From: Mobula hypostoma
Lineage: Eukaryota
Reading direction: 5' to 3'
DNA length: 64,000 nucleotides
NCBI RefSeq assembly: GCF_963921235.1
Contig: NC_086097.1
Location: forward strand, 94,428,001 to 94,492,000
In this document: in pieces, positions 13,737-25,621 of the stretch
How positions within the stretch are numbered: position 1 is the first letter of the stretch
Layout: each line of letters opens with the position of its first letter
Made by a program: the position numbers and the translations under genes
Notes under the pieces: generated by a model
The model's database searches: none
Told to the model about the DNA's origin: nothing
Seen by the model: only the letters and a program-made list of their open reading frames with translations

Positions 13737-13812
13737 AGGGATTCCCAACCTTCTTCATGGCATGGACCAACTCCATTAAGCAAGGGGTCTGTGGACTCCA
13801 GCTTGGAAAACC
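13737..13812. mobile_element. About 75-bp hAT-type MITE (related copies at about 11922-12003 and 63073-63142)
   Basis: CAGGGATTCCCAACC-like terminus and a shared GGACC...CATTAA...GGTCTGTGGAC core in three copies. Confidence 0.5.
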
Positions 13813-15799
13813 GTTCAAAACTGAGGCTGATACGTGTGCAGAGATTGCACAGCTAACTAACAGGGTAGGGGAGAGAGAGGAAGGGAGATTGAGTGGTTCA
13901 GGAAGGGAATGAGAGATACACACACACACACACACACACAGACAAACGTGTTATATGTGCAAAGAGACTGGTAGAGTAAGGGGGGTATATTCAGGGTCAG
14001 AGGAGGGTGATCAATTAAGAAAGAGACCAGGCTAAGGAGGAATTCAAAAACAAGGGGGAGAATATTACACTTGCCATATGGAGTGTTGGGTTAGGGCTGC
14101 GATGGGTTAATGAGATGAGGGGAATTGATATAAAGGCTGTGCAAGTTTGCAACAATTGAAGTTTACGCAGAGGCCAAGAGACAGGAGAAGAGGAGGGGGT
14201 GCTTTAATGACTGCTGAGAGGGGAAGGGTTCTTTCTGCTTGGATGGGGTGGGTTGGAGGTGAGGAGAGATGGTGTAGGGCAGGCCCAGCTCATTAGTGCC
14301 AATAAAGCAGTTCTTTCTGGCGAAGCCTGCACTCCTTTCCTCGCCCCAGGACTGTTCCCAGGCGTGCCCATTGAAGCAAGCTAGTGAACCATGAAGCAGG
14401 GGATTCCGCTCGCTGGGGGTTTAATCATTTATCCGTTGCTGGGGAAGCTGTGGGAACCTTGCCCTGAGCTGGGCTCTGTCACCTAGGTAACGGCAGTCTG
14501 CTACAGAATCAGTACACGGCCTGACACCAGTCTCCAAATTACCACACTGGCCAAAGCAAGACCCACACAGCACCGACAACATAGGTATACCTTGCACACA
14601 GCCCAATAGAACATGTGGTTTACTTGCTTACTCACTGAAACAGGAGGGACTATTCAGCCCTCCAGATCCATGCTGGCTCTCAGCAGAGCAATCCCATCAG
14701 CCCCCACTCCATCTCTCCTTATTCCCCCTTAGCCCTGTAACTTACAGTCCCCACATTCTCAGCAACTCTCCTGTGGTTCATCTTTGCCACTGACACTCAC
14801 ACTGGCTGACTAGCCCACCGACCCTGCTCTTTGAGATGTGCATGGTGACGGAGAGAACAGGCAAACTCCGTGCAAACTGTACTGGTGATCAGGATGGAAG
14901 CTGGGTTGCTGAAAGTGAGAAGCCGCAGCACTACTGGCTGTGCCACTAAACACCACTCTGTACAGGGCTGTACCCACCAGCACTGGAGAGTTATAAGGCC
15001 ACAGAGAGGCCGAACTGGTGGACCGGAAACCAAGGCTTGACAAGTCAATGCAGGGAAACGGCATGGTGTTACACGGGACACGTGAGCCCAGGATGCGGAT
15101 CGACTCCCTGACAAACAGCCTACCTCTTCAACGGCTGATCTGCAGATAGAGGAGTGTGAAATAACAGGTTCCATAAAGCTCTTGATGATGAGACCCTGGC
15201 CCATAGCGAGTTGGCTCAGCCCCACTGAATAACAGTGAGAGGAACGCCCCTGGATCTGAGCACAAGATCAGGAGGAGGAAAAGTAATTCAGTCCCGATGC
15301 CCCAGACTATGTCTCTCAAGGGAACAAACTGCGAAGGGTTTACAAATTATGTGCGTGAAATGGAGGTTGTGGTAGGGTGGGGAAATGAGAATGTCACAGG
15401 TGAGAAGCAAGTTACTATGGACGAGCTTTAAGACTGGAACCTGCCTGTGCAGGTGGGGTTAGCAGACAGGATCAACAGCTGGTGTGAGCTGAGTAACCTG
15501 ATGCACAGCGAGCAGAACCCCTTCCATTGCTACCAGCACATGGACAAGGGGGGACAGCTCATCGCACAGTGCCCTACTTCGAGCTGGTATTGTTTTAATG
15601 CTCTGTGCATTATGGAGAAAACCTTAGGCTTAATAATTCCTCCTTTCAACTCCAAAGAAACACTTCCATACTGTTAAACACAAGAAAAATGCTTCGCCCA
15701 GTTCTGGGCAGCTTAGCCTCTGGGACACAACCTTCAATTGCACCAGGACTTCTCTCAGCCCAAACCCTCCCAGATCAAACTCAAACTTAGACAAGTTAC

Positions 15800-16230
15800 T
15801 GACAAACGCTGTGAAGTTTGTTCTTTTGCGGCAACAGTATGTTTAAAAAAATACTAAGTGACAATATTAAAAAATAAACAGTGGGAAAAGACAGCAAAAT
15901 AGTGAGACAGTGTCCATGAGTTCATGGACTACTCGGAGACCTGATGGCGGTGAGGACGGAGCTGATCGTTAAAACGTTGGGTGTGGGTCTTCAGGCTCCT
16001 GTACCTCCTCCCTGACAGTAGTGATGAGAAGACGACATGTCCTGGATAATGAGGGTGCTTAATGATGGAGGCGAGCTTCTTGAGGGAGTACTTTTTGAAG
16101 ATGTCCTCGATGGTGGGGAGGCTGCTGCCCACGATGGAGCCAGCTGAGTGCACGTTCTCTCCAGTGCCTTTTGATACTACGCATTGGAGCTTCCAGACCA
16201 GACAGTGGAAAGCTGTCCACAAAAAATCTA
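15800..16230 (-). mobile_element. Rex1/Babar-type LINE 3' fragment
   Basis: ORF 15929..16222: SIIKHPHYPGHVVFSSLLSGRRYRSLKTHTQRFN. Confidence 0.8.
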
Positions 16231-17365
16231 TAGAAATTATACTTTATTGTCGCCAAACAATTGATACTAGAACATACAATCATCATCGTGATAGTTGATT
16301 CTGTGCTTCCCGCTCCCTGGATTACAAATCAATAGTAAATATTAAAATTTTAAATTATAAATCATAAATAGAAAATAGAAAAATGGAAAGTAAGGTAGTG
16401 CAAAAAAATCGAGATGCAGGTCTGGATAGTTGGAGGGTATGGTCCAGATCCGGGTCAGGATCCGTTCAGCAGTCTTATCACAGTTGGAAAGAAGCTGTTC
16501 CCAAATCTGCCCGTACGAGTCTTCAAGCTCCTGAACCTTCTCCCGGAGGGAAGAGGGACGAAAAGTGTGTTGGCTGGATGGGTCATGTCCTTGATTATCC
16601 TGGCAGCACTGCTCCGACAGCATGCAGTATAAAGTGAGTCCAAGGACGGAAGATTGGTTTGTGTGATGTGCCATGCCGTGTACACGATCTTCTGCAGCTT
16701 CTTCCGGTCTTGAACAGGACAACTTCCATACCAGGTTGTGATGCACTCTAGAAGAATGCTTTCTATGGTGCATCTATAAAAATTAGTGAGGGTTTTAGGG
16801 GATAGGCCAAATTTCTTTAGTTTTCTTAGGAAGTAAAGGCACTGGTGGGCCTTCTTGGCAGTGGACTCTGCTTGGTTGGACCAAGTCAGGTCATTTGTGA
16901 TATTGACCCAGAGGAACTTAAAGCTTTTGACCTATTCCACTTGCGCACCACCGATGTAAATTGGGTCGTGTGGTCCGCTACTCCTTCTGAAATCAACAAC
17001 CAATTCCTTTGTCTTACTGACATTGAGGGATAGGTTATTGTCTTCGCACCATGCCACCAGGTTCTTAATTTCCTCTCTGTACTCAAACTCATCATTACCT
17101 GAGATACGGCCTACAATTGTTGTGTCACCAGCAAACTTATGTATTGAGTTCGATGGAAACTTGGCTACACAATCATGGGTGTACAGTGAGTACACAGCCT
17201 TGTGGGGCACCGGTGCTCAGAGTGATTGTAGAGGAGAGCTTGTCCCCTATTTTTACAGCCTGGGTCCTGTCTGTGATGAAGTTGAAGATTCAGCTGCAGA
17301 TCTGAGTGCTAAGACCCAGGTTCCGGAGCTTAGGAATCAGTTTATTTGAAATGATGGTATTAAAC
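16231..17365 (-). mobile_element. Younger Rex1/Babar-type LINE (RT to 3' end) nested in an older copy
   Basis: YSLYTHDC...HKFAGDTT...WCEDNNLSLNVSKTKELVVDFR and HPANTLFVPLPSGRRFRSL, with few disablements. Confidence 0.85.
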
Positions 17366-17472
17366 ATTCAGTGAAATACCAAATCTCCTCAAACTCTGAA
17401 TAAAGTATAACTGCTGGCAAGCCTTCTTTGTAATTGCATTAACAGATTGGGCCCAGGATTGACCCTCTAAGG

Positions 17473-18624
17473 TGGGGGTCCCCAACCTTTATCGCACTGC
17501 GGACCGGCCGATCGGGGGGCCGGGGGGTGGTGGTGGTAGGGTTGCCAACGAACAAGAGTAGCAGTCATATACGTTGGGTTTACCCGGAGAAAGACTACAA
17601 TGACCATGAAGCCTTGTGCGGGAACCAGTGTGCATGCGTGATTTGCACGTGTGTGCGTGCCGATTTCCTTCTACAAATCGTTTTTGGCGATTCTGTTCGG
17701 GGGGGAGGAGTGTTAATCACGAACGCAATATAGGTACTAAGTGGCTAATACACTCAATTTCGTTTTTAAAAGTGTTTATCTAACAATTTAATATTAAACA
17801 CACAGCGCATTTTTTCTTCACATTAATATAGTGATAAGTCAATTATCAGGGGAGGACAGGGGAGCTTGAAGTAAGTGTTGAACGAACTTCCAGTAGAAGT
17901 GGTAGAGGCAGGTTCGATATTATCATTTAAAGAAAAATTGGATAGGTATATGGACAGGAAAGGAATGGAGGGTTATGGGCTGAGTGCAGGTCGGTGGGAC
18001 TAGGTGAGAGTAGCGTTCGGCACAGACTAGAAGGGGAGAGATGGCCTGTTTCCGTGCTGTAATTGTTATATGGTTATATAAGTCAATAGCATCATACCAT
18101 TTAAAGTAACGCTTGGATTTTAAACACACAGCACATATTTTCCCCATATGAACATATAAAATCATTGCAACACACCAATATCGCTGAATCAGTGGGAGCC
18201 CTGGGCTTGTTTCCCTGCAACAAGACTGTCCTATTGAGGGGTGATGGGAGACAGCGATACTCGAAGGGGGTTCCTTATGTCCAGTCTATTCCGCAATTTA
18301 GTTTTCGTTGCATTCATTGCAGAGATATGTTGGAAATGGAAGCAACGTTTTCAATGCTTTCGTGGCTATCTCAGGATATTCAGCCTTGACTTTGATCCAG
18401 AATGCTGGCAGAGATGTTATGTCAAACATGCTTTTCAGCCCGCCGTCATTTGCAAGCTCGAGGAGTTGATCTCCTTCCTGCGCTGACATGGATGACGCAT
18501 GCGTAATGATCTCGCTGTGCGTTCAAGTTCAATAGTGAGCGTGACAGGGAATGAGGAAAGGTGCAGCTGACTCATATTGCCGAATCACATCGTTTCCTCA
18601 CGGCCCGGTGGTTGGGGACCGCTG
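17473..18624 (-). mobile_element. Non-autonomous hAT (Charlie/Buster group) DNA transposon with a transposase C-terminal remnant
   Basis: 8-bp TSD CTCTAAGG at 17465-17472 and 18625-18632. TIRs (tg)GGGGTCCCCAACC and GGTTGGGGACCGCTG. Remnant DGGLKSMFDITSLPAFWIKVKAEYPEIATKALKTLLPFPT...TKTKLRNRLD...AGKQAQGSH* is the hAT dimerisation domain. Confidence 0.92.
17844..18077 (+). mobile_element. CR1 3' fragment nested within the hAT element
   Basis: CR1 C-terminal/3'UTR sequence (GTGGTAGAGGCAGG...TTGGATAGGTATATGGA) flanked by ATAAGTCAAT at 17834-17843 and 18078-18087. Confidence 0.75.
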
Positions 18625-18632
18625 CTCTAAGG

Positions 18633-18965
18633 TGTTGACACCTAGAACTTAAAGTACCCCTCAATAAGCACTAATTTGTGTGTTCCTCCAACTTCCCCTT
18701 CCTGAAGTCCACAATCAATCCCTTGACCTTACTGACGTTGTGTGCAAGATTGTTGTGTCAACACTCAACGAGCTGATCTGTCTCGCTCCTGTACGTCTCC
18801 TTGTCATCATCTGAGGTTCTGCAGGTAACAGTTGTATCATTGGCAAATTTACAGATGGTGTTTGAACTGTGCCAGGTTACTGTCATAAACATAGAGCGTA
18901 GAGCAGTGGGCTAAGCACACATCGTTGGGGTGTGCCTGTGTTGATAAGACAGCGAGGAGGAAATA
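18633..18965 (-). mobile_element. Rex1/Babar-type LINE fragment (host of the hAT; continues at 17370-17464)
   Basis: The RT remnant is contiguous across the hAT TSD. Confidence 0.7.
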
Positions 18966-19727
18966 CTATTTTCAATCCAAAGTCAACACTAGTGCAACAC
19001 CCAAAACTCACTTCCGGTGAGACCTCCAGTTTTGCTGGTCTGAAGTGTGACTCCATCATCTACTGAAGAGCCAGGTTTTATGATTCCAATGCTCCCCAAA
19101 ATGGCACACTTTGAAGGACCAAAACTCAAACTGTGGTCTCTGTCCTCACTGATGGGCAACCTCCCATGACCTCTGCCCTCAGGTCATGGCAATTCTCAGC
19201 TTATGGACCCCAGGATCATTTCATTGTGCAGATATGGGCGAGTAAAGTGGTGGCTATTTAACTCCATATACAAGGTAAGGGGACCATCAACCTTTCCTTC
19301 ACACCATAGAGAATACTGCTGCCTGCACTGCAGACTTCCTCCAAGACTGTCCTCGTGTTATATTACTCTCTGCAGAAATCAGCTTGGAAATCCCCCGTCA
19401 GGAGCCCTGGCCGAATGTCTTAGAAGGTTTCGGTGTCCCTTTCACAGAGGACAGGTCTCCTGTTGGCACAAGGTCTTCACTGGCCTGACCAGGATCTACT
19501 AGTCCCCTGGTAGCCCCCTTTCCCCACACTCTCCCCAGTATCCATTCACTAGGCAGCAGCAGCACTCTCTAGGAGATGGAAGAGTGCTGGTTGTAATGTG
19601 CAATGCCCCTTTGATGTCACAGCTATAATGGAAATCCAGATAGTACGATGTTACAAAGGGAAACTCAGTGGAGTAGTCTAGAACCTCACAACAGAAGACC
19701 AGGACACGGGGTGACGTAAAAGCCTAC

Positions 19728-19790
19728 CTGTTTCTCTGCGGTCTCAGCCCGCTGGTCTGCCTCTATCACTCTTTGTTCCAGCTCCTGCAT
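19728..19790 (-). CDS. PLEKHH1: PLEKHH-family coding exon 2 (MQELEQRVIEADQRAETAEKQ), 63 nt, phase 0
   Basis: Acceptor ctcgttgcag|, donor CAG|GTAGGC. Continues the previous exon in frame and matches recalled PLEKHH1 MQELEQRLLEAEQRAENAETQ. Absent from the ORF track. Confidence 0.88.
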
Positions 19791-21559
19791 CTGCAACGAG
19801 GATAGCAAGCAAGAATTAAGCAAAGTCCCAAGTAACACAAGGAGAGGCTCTTTACACAGTGTGGTTCCTCTTCTATCAAGAGTTCACCCTAGCGAAGGGA
19901 AGCCCAAGTACACAAGATTAGGAGAGGCATAGATATGTTAAATAGTCAATATCTTTTCCCCACGGTAGGAGAATCAAAAACAAGAGGGAATGGCTTTTAA
20001 GATGAACTCTCGCTCTCCCAGTTGACCTTGTCATATCACTTCCACTTTGTCTCCCTGCACTGCACTTTCTCTGTGACAAACACTCTATTCTGCATTCTAC
20101 TAGCTCGATGTACGTTCGTACGGCATGATCTGTCTGAATGACATGCAAAACAAGAAGCTTAACAGTGCACTGCAGTCTCGGTCTCGGTGCAATAATAAAC
20201 CAATCCCAAGGAAGGAGTTTCAAAGGGGAGCAGAGGATGGACGCACACTTAGGTAGGAAAGACACTGAAGAATATGGTGCTAATACTGGCAAATGGCATT
20301 TGTGTAGTTGGTAAAAAGGCTGACAAGGACCTAGCGGGACAAAGGGCCCATTTCTATGCTGTTTCACTGTATGAGACTACAACTTTAACACAGCTCTCTT
20401 ACCAAACACAGAACTCCACTGGGAATAGTTAGACTCTCATTGTGAGCCCCAACCTGTAATCCACAAGCAGGCGCTGGCCCGAGCCAGGCCTGGTGAGACA
20501 CTTCTTCAAACACATTACTTATCGAAATCCTGGGCCTTGGTACTGACTTCAGCCCTGGCCTGAGCAAGGAAGGTATTGAAGTGAATCAGGCTTGTTGAGA
20601 GTCTGGAGAGGTCGAAATGGCTGCTATTTCTTCAAAGAGCCAGCAAGGAAGGAAGGTAGGCCCCACAACAGTTACGCCTCGCATTTTCCAACTCTCCCTC
20701 CTCCCCCATTACTCTCCTCCTTCATTTAAATCTCTTTGAAACCTTTCACGTTTCTTGGGGCCACAACCACTTCCTGCCGGGATAGGATACAGCACGAGGT
20801 AACCCGTCTGTCATATTGGTAATTTAGTGGGCTAGGCACACTTCGAAGCCTGTTTTTCCTTGTTCAGAACTGATATGATGGGCTGAATGGTCTCAATCTC
20901 TGCCACTTCATTCAGTCTGCTGGCAGTCAGCACCATCCCAACAACTCTGCTCCTCAACACTCTGCCCTCCAGTAGAAGAGCTGACGGCCTCTCCAGAGAA
21001 GCGAGTACAATGTCCAACCCGGACTTCAATGGGGGTGTGGCCTTGTGGCTCTTGGACAGAGTGCAGAAGATGCCAGCTGGATCGGAGGACACATGCAACA
21101 AGGAGAGATCAGACAGCTGGTGTTGTTTTCTTTGGAGTGGGGTGAAAGCTGAGGGAAGACCTGATTGAAGTTCTTATAAGCTTCTGAGAGGCGTGGATAG
21201 AGGGCCGACATCTTTACCCCACAGCTGAAATGTCTAATAGTTGAGGGCATGTGCTTAAGGTGAGAGGGGCAAGTTCAAAGAAAATGTTCAGAGCTGGTTT
21301 TTATACAGAGTCATAGATGCTTGAATGAACTGCCAGGGATGGTAGGGGAGGCAAATATGCTAGAGGCATTAAAGAGGCTCTCGGGTGCATGAATATGAAA
21401 AATTTAATTACTGATTAGTAAGCCACAGCATCATGGGCGAGGTTCCTGTGCTCTGCTATTTTATGTTCTACCTGACCTCATTTCCAAGCTAGCAAACCTT
21501 TCTTGATGGTGCTTCTCATTAAATATTCATCCTGACCAACACTGGATGTGGGAATACAG

Positions 21560-22150
21560 AACCACAAATCCTTGAAAAAAATGGAGTCAGTTAGATAGGG
21601 TTGTAAAGATTTTTTTGTTTAAACCACATTGGCCTCCATAAATGAAGGCACTGAGTACAGGAGCTGGGAAGTTATTTTGAAGTTGTGTAAGACATTGGTG
21701 TAGCCTAATTTGGAGTATTGTGTGCAGCTTTGGTCACCTACCTACAGGAGAGATGTCAATGAGCTTGAAAGAGTGCAGAGAAAATTTATAAGGAGTTCTG
21801 GGATCTTGAGGACGTGAGTTATAGGCAAAGCTTGCCTCGGTTAGAACTTTAGTCCCTGGAGCCTAAGAGAATGAGGGGAGATTTTATGGAGGTGTACAAA
21901 ATTATGAGGGTTTTAGATAAGGCAAAAAGATAAATGTTAGCAGGCTTTTTCCCCTGAGGTTGGGTGAGACTAGAACTAGAGGTCATGGTTAAGGGTGAAA
22001 TATTTAAAAAGAACATGATAGGGAATTTCTTCACGCAGGAGGAAGTGGTAGATGCGGGTTCAATTGCAACATTTAAGAAAAGTTTGGGAGGGGTATGGAA
22101 GGCTATGGTCTGGGTGTGGGTAGATGGAACTAGACAGAAGCAAATTTACC
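21560..22150 (+). mobile_element. CR1 LINE 3' fragment
   Basis: TTGGAGTATTGTGTGCAGCTTTGGTCACC (LEYCVQLWSP) and a CR1 3' end. A further CR1 3' end lies at about 21120-21470. Confidence 0.8.
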
Positions 22151-22159
22151 ATGGGCTAA

Positions 22160-22332
22160 TCACAAACAAGAGAAAATCTGCAGATGCTGGAAATCCAAGC
22201 AACACATACAAAATTCTGAAGGAACTCAGCAGGCCAGGCAGCATCTTTGGAAAAGAGTACAGTCGACGTTTCAGGCCGTAGATGCTGCCTGGCCTGCTGA
22301 GCTCCTCCAGCATTTAGTGTGTGTTGCTTGGC
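22160..22332. mobile_element. Palindromic PLE-derived element with deleted centre
   Basis: CAAGCAACAC...CTCAGCAGGCCAGGCAGCATCT is inverted against AGATGCTGCCTGGCCTGCTGAG...GTGTTGCTTG. An older palindromic copy is adjacent at about 22460-22670. Confidence 0.8.
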
Positions 22333-23160
22333 ATGGACTAAATGGACTGTATGTAGTGCTCCAACACTCTATAACAACCATGAACTAGAGAATTAAGTCA
22401 ATGATGCAACAGCTTGGCCACAGATTACACCTCAAGGAGTAGGTATCAGGGGTGGGTACAAAAGAGACTGCAGATGCTGGAATCTGGATTGATACAGAAA
22501 TTGCTGGCGGAACTCAGCAGTCAGGCGGAATCAATGGAGAGAAATAGGCAGTCAGCGTTTCGGATCAACGTCCAGATAAATGGTCCCGACCTGAAATGCC
22601 AACTGTCCATTTCCCTCAGTATATGCTGCCAAACCCGCCGAGTTCCTCCAGCATTTTGTATGTTGCTTCAGCATCCTCGGACTACTTCAGGTGTGGAGCG
22701 GCACTACAGAAATACACTTCCAGGAGGACCACAACCTTAGGCCACAAGACCATAAGACACAGGAGCAGAATGAGACCATTTGGCCCATCGAATCTGCTCT
22801 GCCATTTCATCATGGCTGATCCAATTTTCCTCCCAGCCCCAATCTCCTGCCTTCTCCCTGTATCCCTTCAATCCCTGACCAATCACGAATCAATCAACCT
22901 CTGCCTTGAACATACATAAACGTTTGGCCTTCACAGTTGCCGGTGGCAAAGGACACCCGTCTATTCTGAGGCTGTATCCTTTGGTCTTAGACTCTCCCAC
23001 CACAGGAACATCCTCTCCAAATCCACTATCAAGGCATTTCACAATTTGACATGGTTCAATGAAGTCACCCCTCATTCTTCTGAATTCTCGTGAATACAAG
23101 CCCAGAGCCATCAAACGCTCTTCATATAACAAGCCGTTCAATCCCAGAATCATTTTCGTG

Positions 23161-23370
23161 AACACGAGGAAATCTGCAGATGCTGGAAATTCAAGCAACA
23201 CACATAAAAATTGCTGGTAAACGCAGCAGGCCAGGCAGCATCTATAGGAAGAGGTACAGTTGACGTTTCAGGCCGAGACCCTTCATCAGGACTAACTGAA
23301 AGGAGAGATAGAATGAGATTTGAAAGTGGGAGGGAGAGGGGAAGATCCGAAATGATAGGAGAAGACAGGA
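23161..23370 (-). mobile_element. PLE 3' fragment inserted in CR1
   Basis: Near-identical to 24974-25146 over the shared part; the CR1 sequence resumes on both sides. Confidence 0.85.
23258..23293 (-). ncRNA. Minimal type I hammerhead ribozyme (PLE type)
   Basis: Minus strand AGTC-CTGATGA-AGGGTCTCGGCCT-GAAAC-GTC-AACT. Core intact; one mismatch at the inner stem I pair. Confidence 0.7.
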
Positions 23371-24554
23371 CCCTCTCCAGTTTCAGCACATTCTTTCTAA
23401 GGGGCCCAAAACTGTTCACAATTCTTCAAGTGAGGCTTCACTAATGCTTTATAAAGTCTCAACATTAGATCCTTGCTTTTAAATCCTATTCCTCTTGAAA
23501 TGAATGTTGACATTGCATTTGCCTTCCTCACCACAGGCTCAATCTGCAAATTAATGTTTAGGAATCCTGCACAAGGGCTCCCAAGACCCTTTGCACCTCA
23601 GATTTTTGAATTTTCTCTCCATTTAGAAAATAGTCAACCCTTTCATTTCTTCTACCAAAGTGCAAGTCCATCTGTAGCCCCTCTACTTCCTCAAAACTAC
23701 CTACACCTCCATGTCTTTCTATCATCTGCAAACTTTGCAAGAAAGCCATCAATTCCATCATCCAAATCACTGACATATAACAAAAAGAATTGGTTCCAGT
23801 TGGACTACTGTGGAACACCACTAGTCACCGGCAGCCAGCCAGAAAAGGCTCCCTTTATTCCCACTTTTTGCTTCCTGCCAATCAGCCACTGCTTTATCCA
23901 TACTAGAAACTTTTCAGTAAGATGGGCTCGTAGCTTGTTAAGCAGCCTCATGTGCGACACCTTGTCAAAGGCCTTCTGAACATCCAAGTACACCCTATAT
24001 CCACCGATTCTTCTTTGTCTATCCAGCTTGTTATTTCTTCAAAGAATTCCAACAGATTTGTCAGGCAAGATTTTCCCTTGAGGAAACCATACTGATTGCA
24101 GCCTATTTTATCGTGTGCCTCCAAGTACCCTGAGACCTCATCCTTAATAATCAACTCCAACATCTTCCCAACCACTAAGGTCAGACTAACTGGCCTATAG
24201 TTTCCTTCCTTCAGCCTCTCTCCCTTCTTGAAGAGTGGAGTGACATTTGTAGTTTTCCAGTCCTCCAGAACCATTCCAGAATCTAGTGATTCTTGGAAGA
24301 TCATTACCAATGCCTCTACAATCTCTTCAGCCACCTCTTTCAGAACCCTGAGTCACACCATCCAGTTCAGGTGACTTATCTGCCTTCAGACCTTTCAGTT
24401 TCCCCAAGAACCTTCTCTCTAGTAATGGTAACTTCACACACTTCATGACCCCGAACTTCCACCATACTGCTAGTGTCTTCCACAGTGAAGATTGATGCAA
24501 AATACTTATTCAGTTAATCTACTATTTTGTTGTCCCCATTACTACTTCTAGCAA

Positions 24555-24910
24555 TGTCATGGTTTGGAGGCTTTCATGCCTCAGTGACCCGGAGAGCTAC
24601 GTTGGCTGGAGATACGGCTTTGTGCTTTGGCTCTTTGTAGGGTCACTCATGCCAAACAGGTCAAAGGGTAGAGGCCAGACCGGTGGTCCACTGGTCCTCC
24701 ACATTCGGGGGTTCAGCTCAGGGCTAACAACCCTGACTGGTCTAACAAAACTGTTACAGAAACCGCAATGAAGAATCCTTCTACATCCGAGTGCAACGGT
24801 ATTCCTGAGTCTCCACCCGGGATTTGCATGTCTGACAGGAGTGGAAAGCTGACGTGATGAAGGAAGCCCTGAACACTGCCAGAGATGAAGCACCTTCAGC
24901 ACTGCCCTAA
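24555..24910 (+). mobile_element. RTE (Expander/Rex3-like) 5'UTR-derived non-autonomous element
   Basis: GAGAGCTACGTTGGC...GTAGGGTCACTCATGCCAAACAGGTC...GGCCAGAC and GGGCTAACAACCC resemble recalled RTE 5' UTR motifs. Confidence 0.55.
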
Positions 24911-24973
24911 TGGACAGTGGTGTAACAAGCAGCTCAGCCAGTCTAAAGCAGAGATCTGAACAAGGGTATGGCT

Positions 24974-25621
24974 ACACACATCAAAATTGCTGGTGAGCGC
25001 AGCAGGCCAGGCAGCATCTCTAGGAAGAGGTACAGTCGACGTTTCGGGCCAAAACCCTTCGTCAGGACTAACTGAAAGAAGAGCTAGTAGGAATTTGAAA
25101 GTGGGAGGCGGAGGGGAAGATCCAAAATGATAGGAGAAGACAGGAGGGGGGGGGATGGAGCCAAGAGCTGGACAGGTGATTGGCAAAGGGGATATGAGAG
25201 GATCATGGGACAGGAGGCCCAGGGAGAAGGAAAGGGGGGGGGACCAGAGGATGGGTAAGGGGTATAGTCAGAGGGACAGAGAGAGAAAAAGGAGAGTGAG
25301 AGAAAGAATGTGTGTATAAAAATAAATAACGGATGAGGTACGAGGAGGAGGTGGGGCATTAGCGGAAATTAGAGAAGTCGATGTTCATGCCATCAGGTTG
25401 GAGGCTACCCAGACGGAATATAAGTTGTTATTCCTCCAACCTGAGTGTGGCTTCATCTTTACAGTAGAGGAGGCCGTGGATAGACATGTCAGAATGGGAA
25501 TGGGACGTGGAATTAAAATGTGTGGCCATTGGGAGATCCTGCTTTCTCTGGCGGACAGAGCGTAGGTGTTCAGCAAAATGATCTCCCAGTCTGCGTCGGG
25601 TCTCGCCAATATATAGAAGGC
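24974..25621 (-). mobile_element. Penelope-like element 3' fragment with a GIY-YIG endonuclease remnant
   Basis: 25359-25621 encodes LLYIGETRRRLGDHFAEHLRSV...HFNSTSHSH...LRLEE*QLIFRLGSLQPDGMNIDFSNFR*, followed by a pyrimidine-rich UTR and a hammerhead. Confidence 0.9.
25034..25069 (-). ncRNA. Minimal type I hammerhead ribozyme (PLE type), intact
   Basis: Minus strand AGTC-CTGACGA-AGGGTTTTGGCCC-GAAAC-GTC^GACT. Stem I AGTC/GACT, stem II GGGT/GCCC, palindromic ACGT in place of stem III. Predicted cut between 25038 and 25037. Confidence 0.8.

Larger units (their letters stand above)
22740..24550 (-). mobile_element. CR1 LINE (RT region to 3' tail), interrupted by a PLE fragment
   Basis: ORFs 23948..24334 (NVTPLFKKG..NYRPVSLT..KSCLTNLLEFF) and 23805..23993 (YLDVQKAFDKVSH..GVPQ). 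Confidence 0.9.
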
